Shown here: piece by piece, positions 62,546 through 64,000 of the stretch
Layout: each line of letters begins with the position of its first letter
Position numbering within the stretch: the stretch's first letter is position 1
NCBI RefSeq assembly: GCF_963921235.1
Contig: NC_086097.1
Span: forward strand, 192,016,001-192,080,000
DNA: 64,000 bases
Reading direction: 5' to 3'
From: Mobula hypostoma
Lineage: Eukaryota
Notes under the pieces: generated by a model
What the model saw: only the letters and a program-made list of their open reading frames with translations
Told to the model about the DNA's origin: nothing
The model's database searches: none
Made by a program: the position numbers and the translations under genes

Positions 62546-64000
62546 AATGGGCGAGGTGTTGCACTCAACCCCCCCCCCCCAACAAAGGTTTTTTGGTTCC
62601 TCTACATGGACAAGATGCACAGTGCCACCCCAAATGCTCCTCCTCCTCCTCCTCCCATGAGCAGGTACAGACCAGAGATTACCAGGGATCAGTAGGACAG
62701 GTTATTTCAGAGAGATTTTGAGCACATCCTTAAATAATTTATTCTATGTCGCTGAAACCAATTCCATAACAGAATTAAAATAGTATGTTTAAACTGGTGT
62801 TTTATGCTACTTCCACAGCTGAGACAGGAACATAGAAACTAAGAAGCAAGATTATACTTGCATACCTTCAACAAACTGAAATAAATGCTCCAAAACAAAA
62901 CCATGAAAAATTCAGTCTCACAAAGTAACTACTCAAATTGAAGAAACTAGTTAAGAAAAGGGCACATTTTAAAAATACATTTACAAAACAAAATTAACAA
63001 TACCAAAAACTAGAACACTTGTGGAAACATATATATCACCTGATGGCTCGAAGAGACTATACAGGTATAACCCATCACTAAACCAAGAAACCATCAGTAT
63101 TTGACTATTTTAATGCAAGCAGTCAATTTACCACGTTTTGAGAAGGGAAAAAAAAGTAAATCAAATCATCCCGCCACTACAGTCCTGCATATTCAGTTGC
63201 AAATGGTAGAGAACAACCAAAGACGACCAGTCCAGGGATGTTGTCATTGATAACAGTAAAGCCAAATGTACAAATACCGGAGATTTGCAAATGTCAGCTT
63301 GGCTGTCCTTGGTGATCCTCTCCGTCAGAAGCCTGCCTTCAGCCAATTCAATTTGAAACATGTTCATAAGGAAATAACCTAGTTCAGGATACAACAAAAA
63401 AAAGGGAAAGTGGCAACATAAAAACACTGACACAGTATTGAAGACTCTAAAATAACTTCTAGCCAAACTGTTATTGTTACAGCACTAGCATCAACTTGAC
63501 AACATGCAAAACTGTCTAGGCAAGCCCTGTGCAAAAATACAGGATAAATATTACACAATTCTCCCCATTCTTAATTATTAGTGAAGAAAGATGTTGTTAA
63601 TGGCAGGTATTGTTAACAATGCCATTCAGTATTGATACCCAAAAAACTGTTCCCCCAATACTCAGTTTGGGTTTCACCAAGACTACTCCACACAGCAGAC
63701 TGGCTCCCATCAAGGCAACATTTCCAAGTGTGCCATGAAGCCCAATAAAATTAACATCAAAAGATGAAACAACATTCCTATTGGGTGGAATGTAATCCTA
63801 TACAAAAGAAGATATTATAAAGTATTCCTATCAGCTTCTCCCTCAAAAGAGAACAGAGTTGCACCATATTCAATTGCAGATGCAAATAAAGAAATGGCTT
63901 TCGCAGATTGCCACTTATTCCATAAAAGGCAACAATCTTTCAGCAAGAGGAAAAAAAACCATGGTTACAGGCATAACCAAGCTGTAATTAGCAACTACAC

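Noticed and set aside
63161..63466. 101-aa minus-strand ORF
   Set aside because: Non-ATG start, no recognisable motif, UTR-like composition

Overview
Eukaryotic, repeat-dense, apparently intergenic or intronic DNA. The repeat mix (CR1 LINEs, Rex1/Babar LINEs, tRNA-headed SINEs, Penelope-like elements) suggests a cartilaginous fish such as a ray or shark; this is inference only. I could not identify any host protein-coding gene. Every long ORF is either a LINE endonuclease/reverse transcriptase remnant or the antisense shadow of one. The window also holds a Tc1-like element, a probable hAT-like MITE with a 6-bp target duplication (TSD), and two probable solo LTRs. The most interesting signal is a high-copy Penelope-like (PLE) terminal repeat carrying a minimal type I hammerhead ribozyme (AGUC-CUGANGA-stemII-GAAACGUH-GACU), seen in about 10 recognisable copies. 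It occurs at the ends of GIY-YIG remnants, as a 128-bp ribozyme-headed mini-insertion, and as TSD-flanked fold-back hairpins that all leave the same 36-37-nt unpaired tail. PLE hammerheads and inverted termini are known in general, so any novelty lies in this lineage's short non-coding hairpin units. Boundaries of old repeats are approximate and were read by eye.
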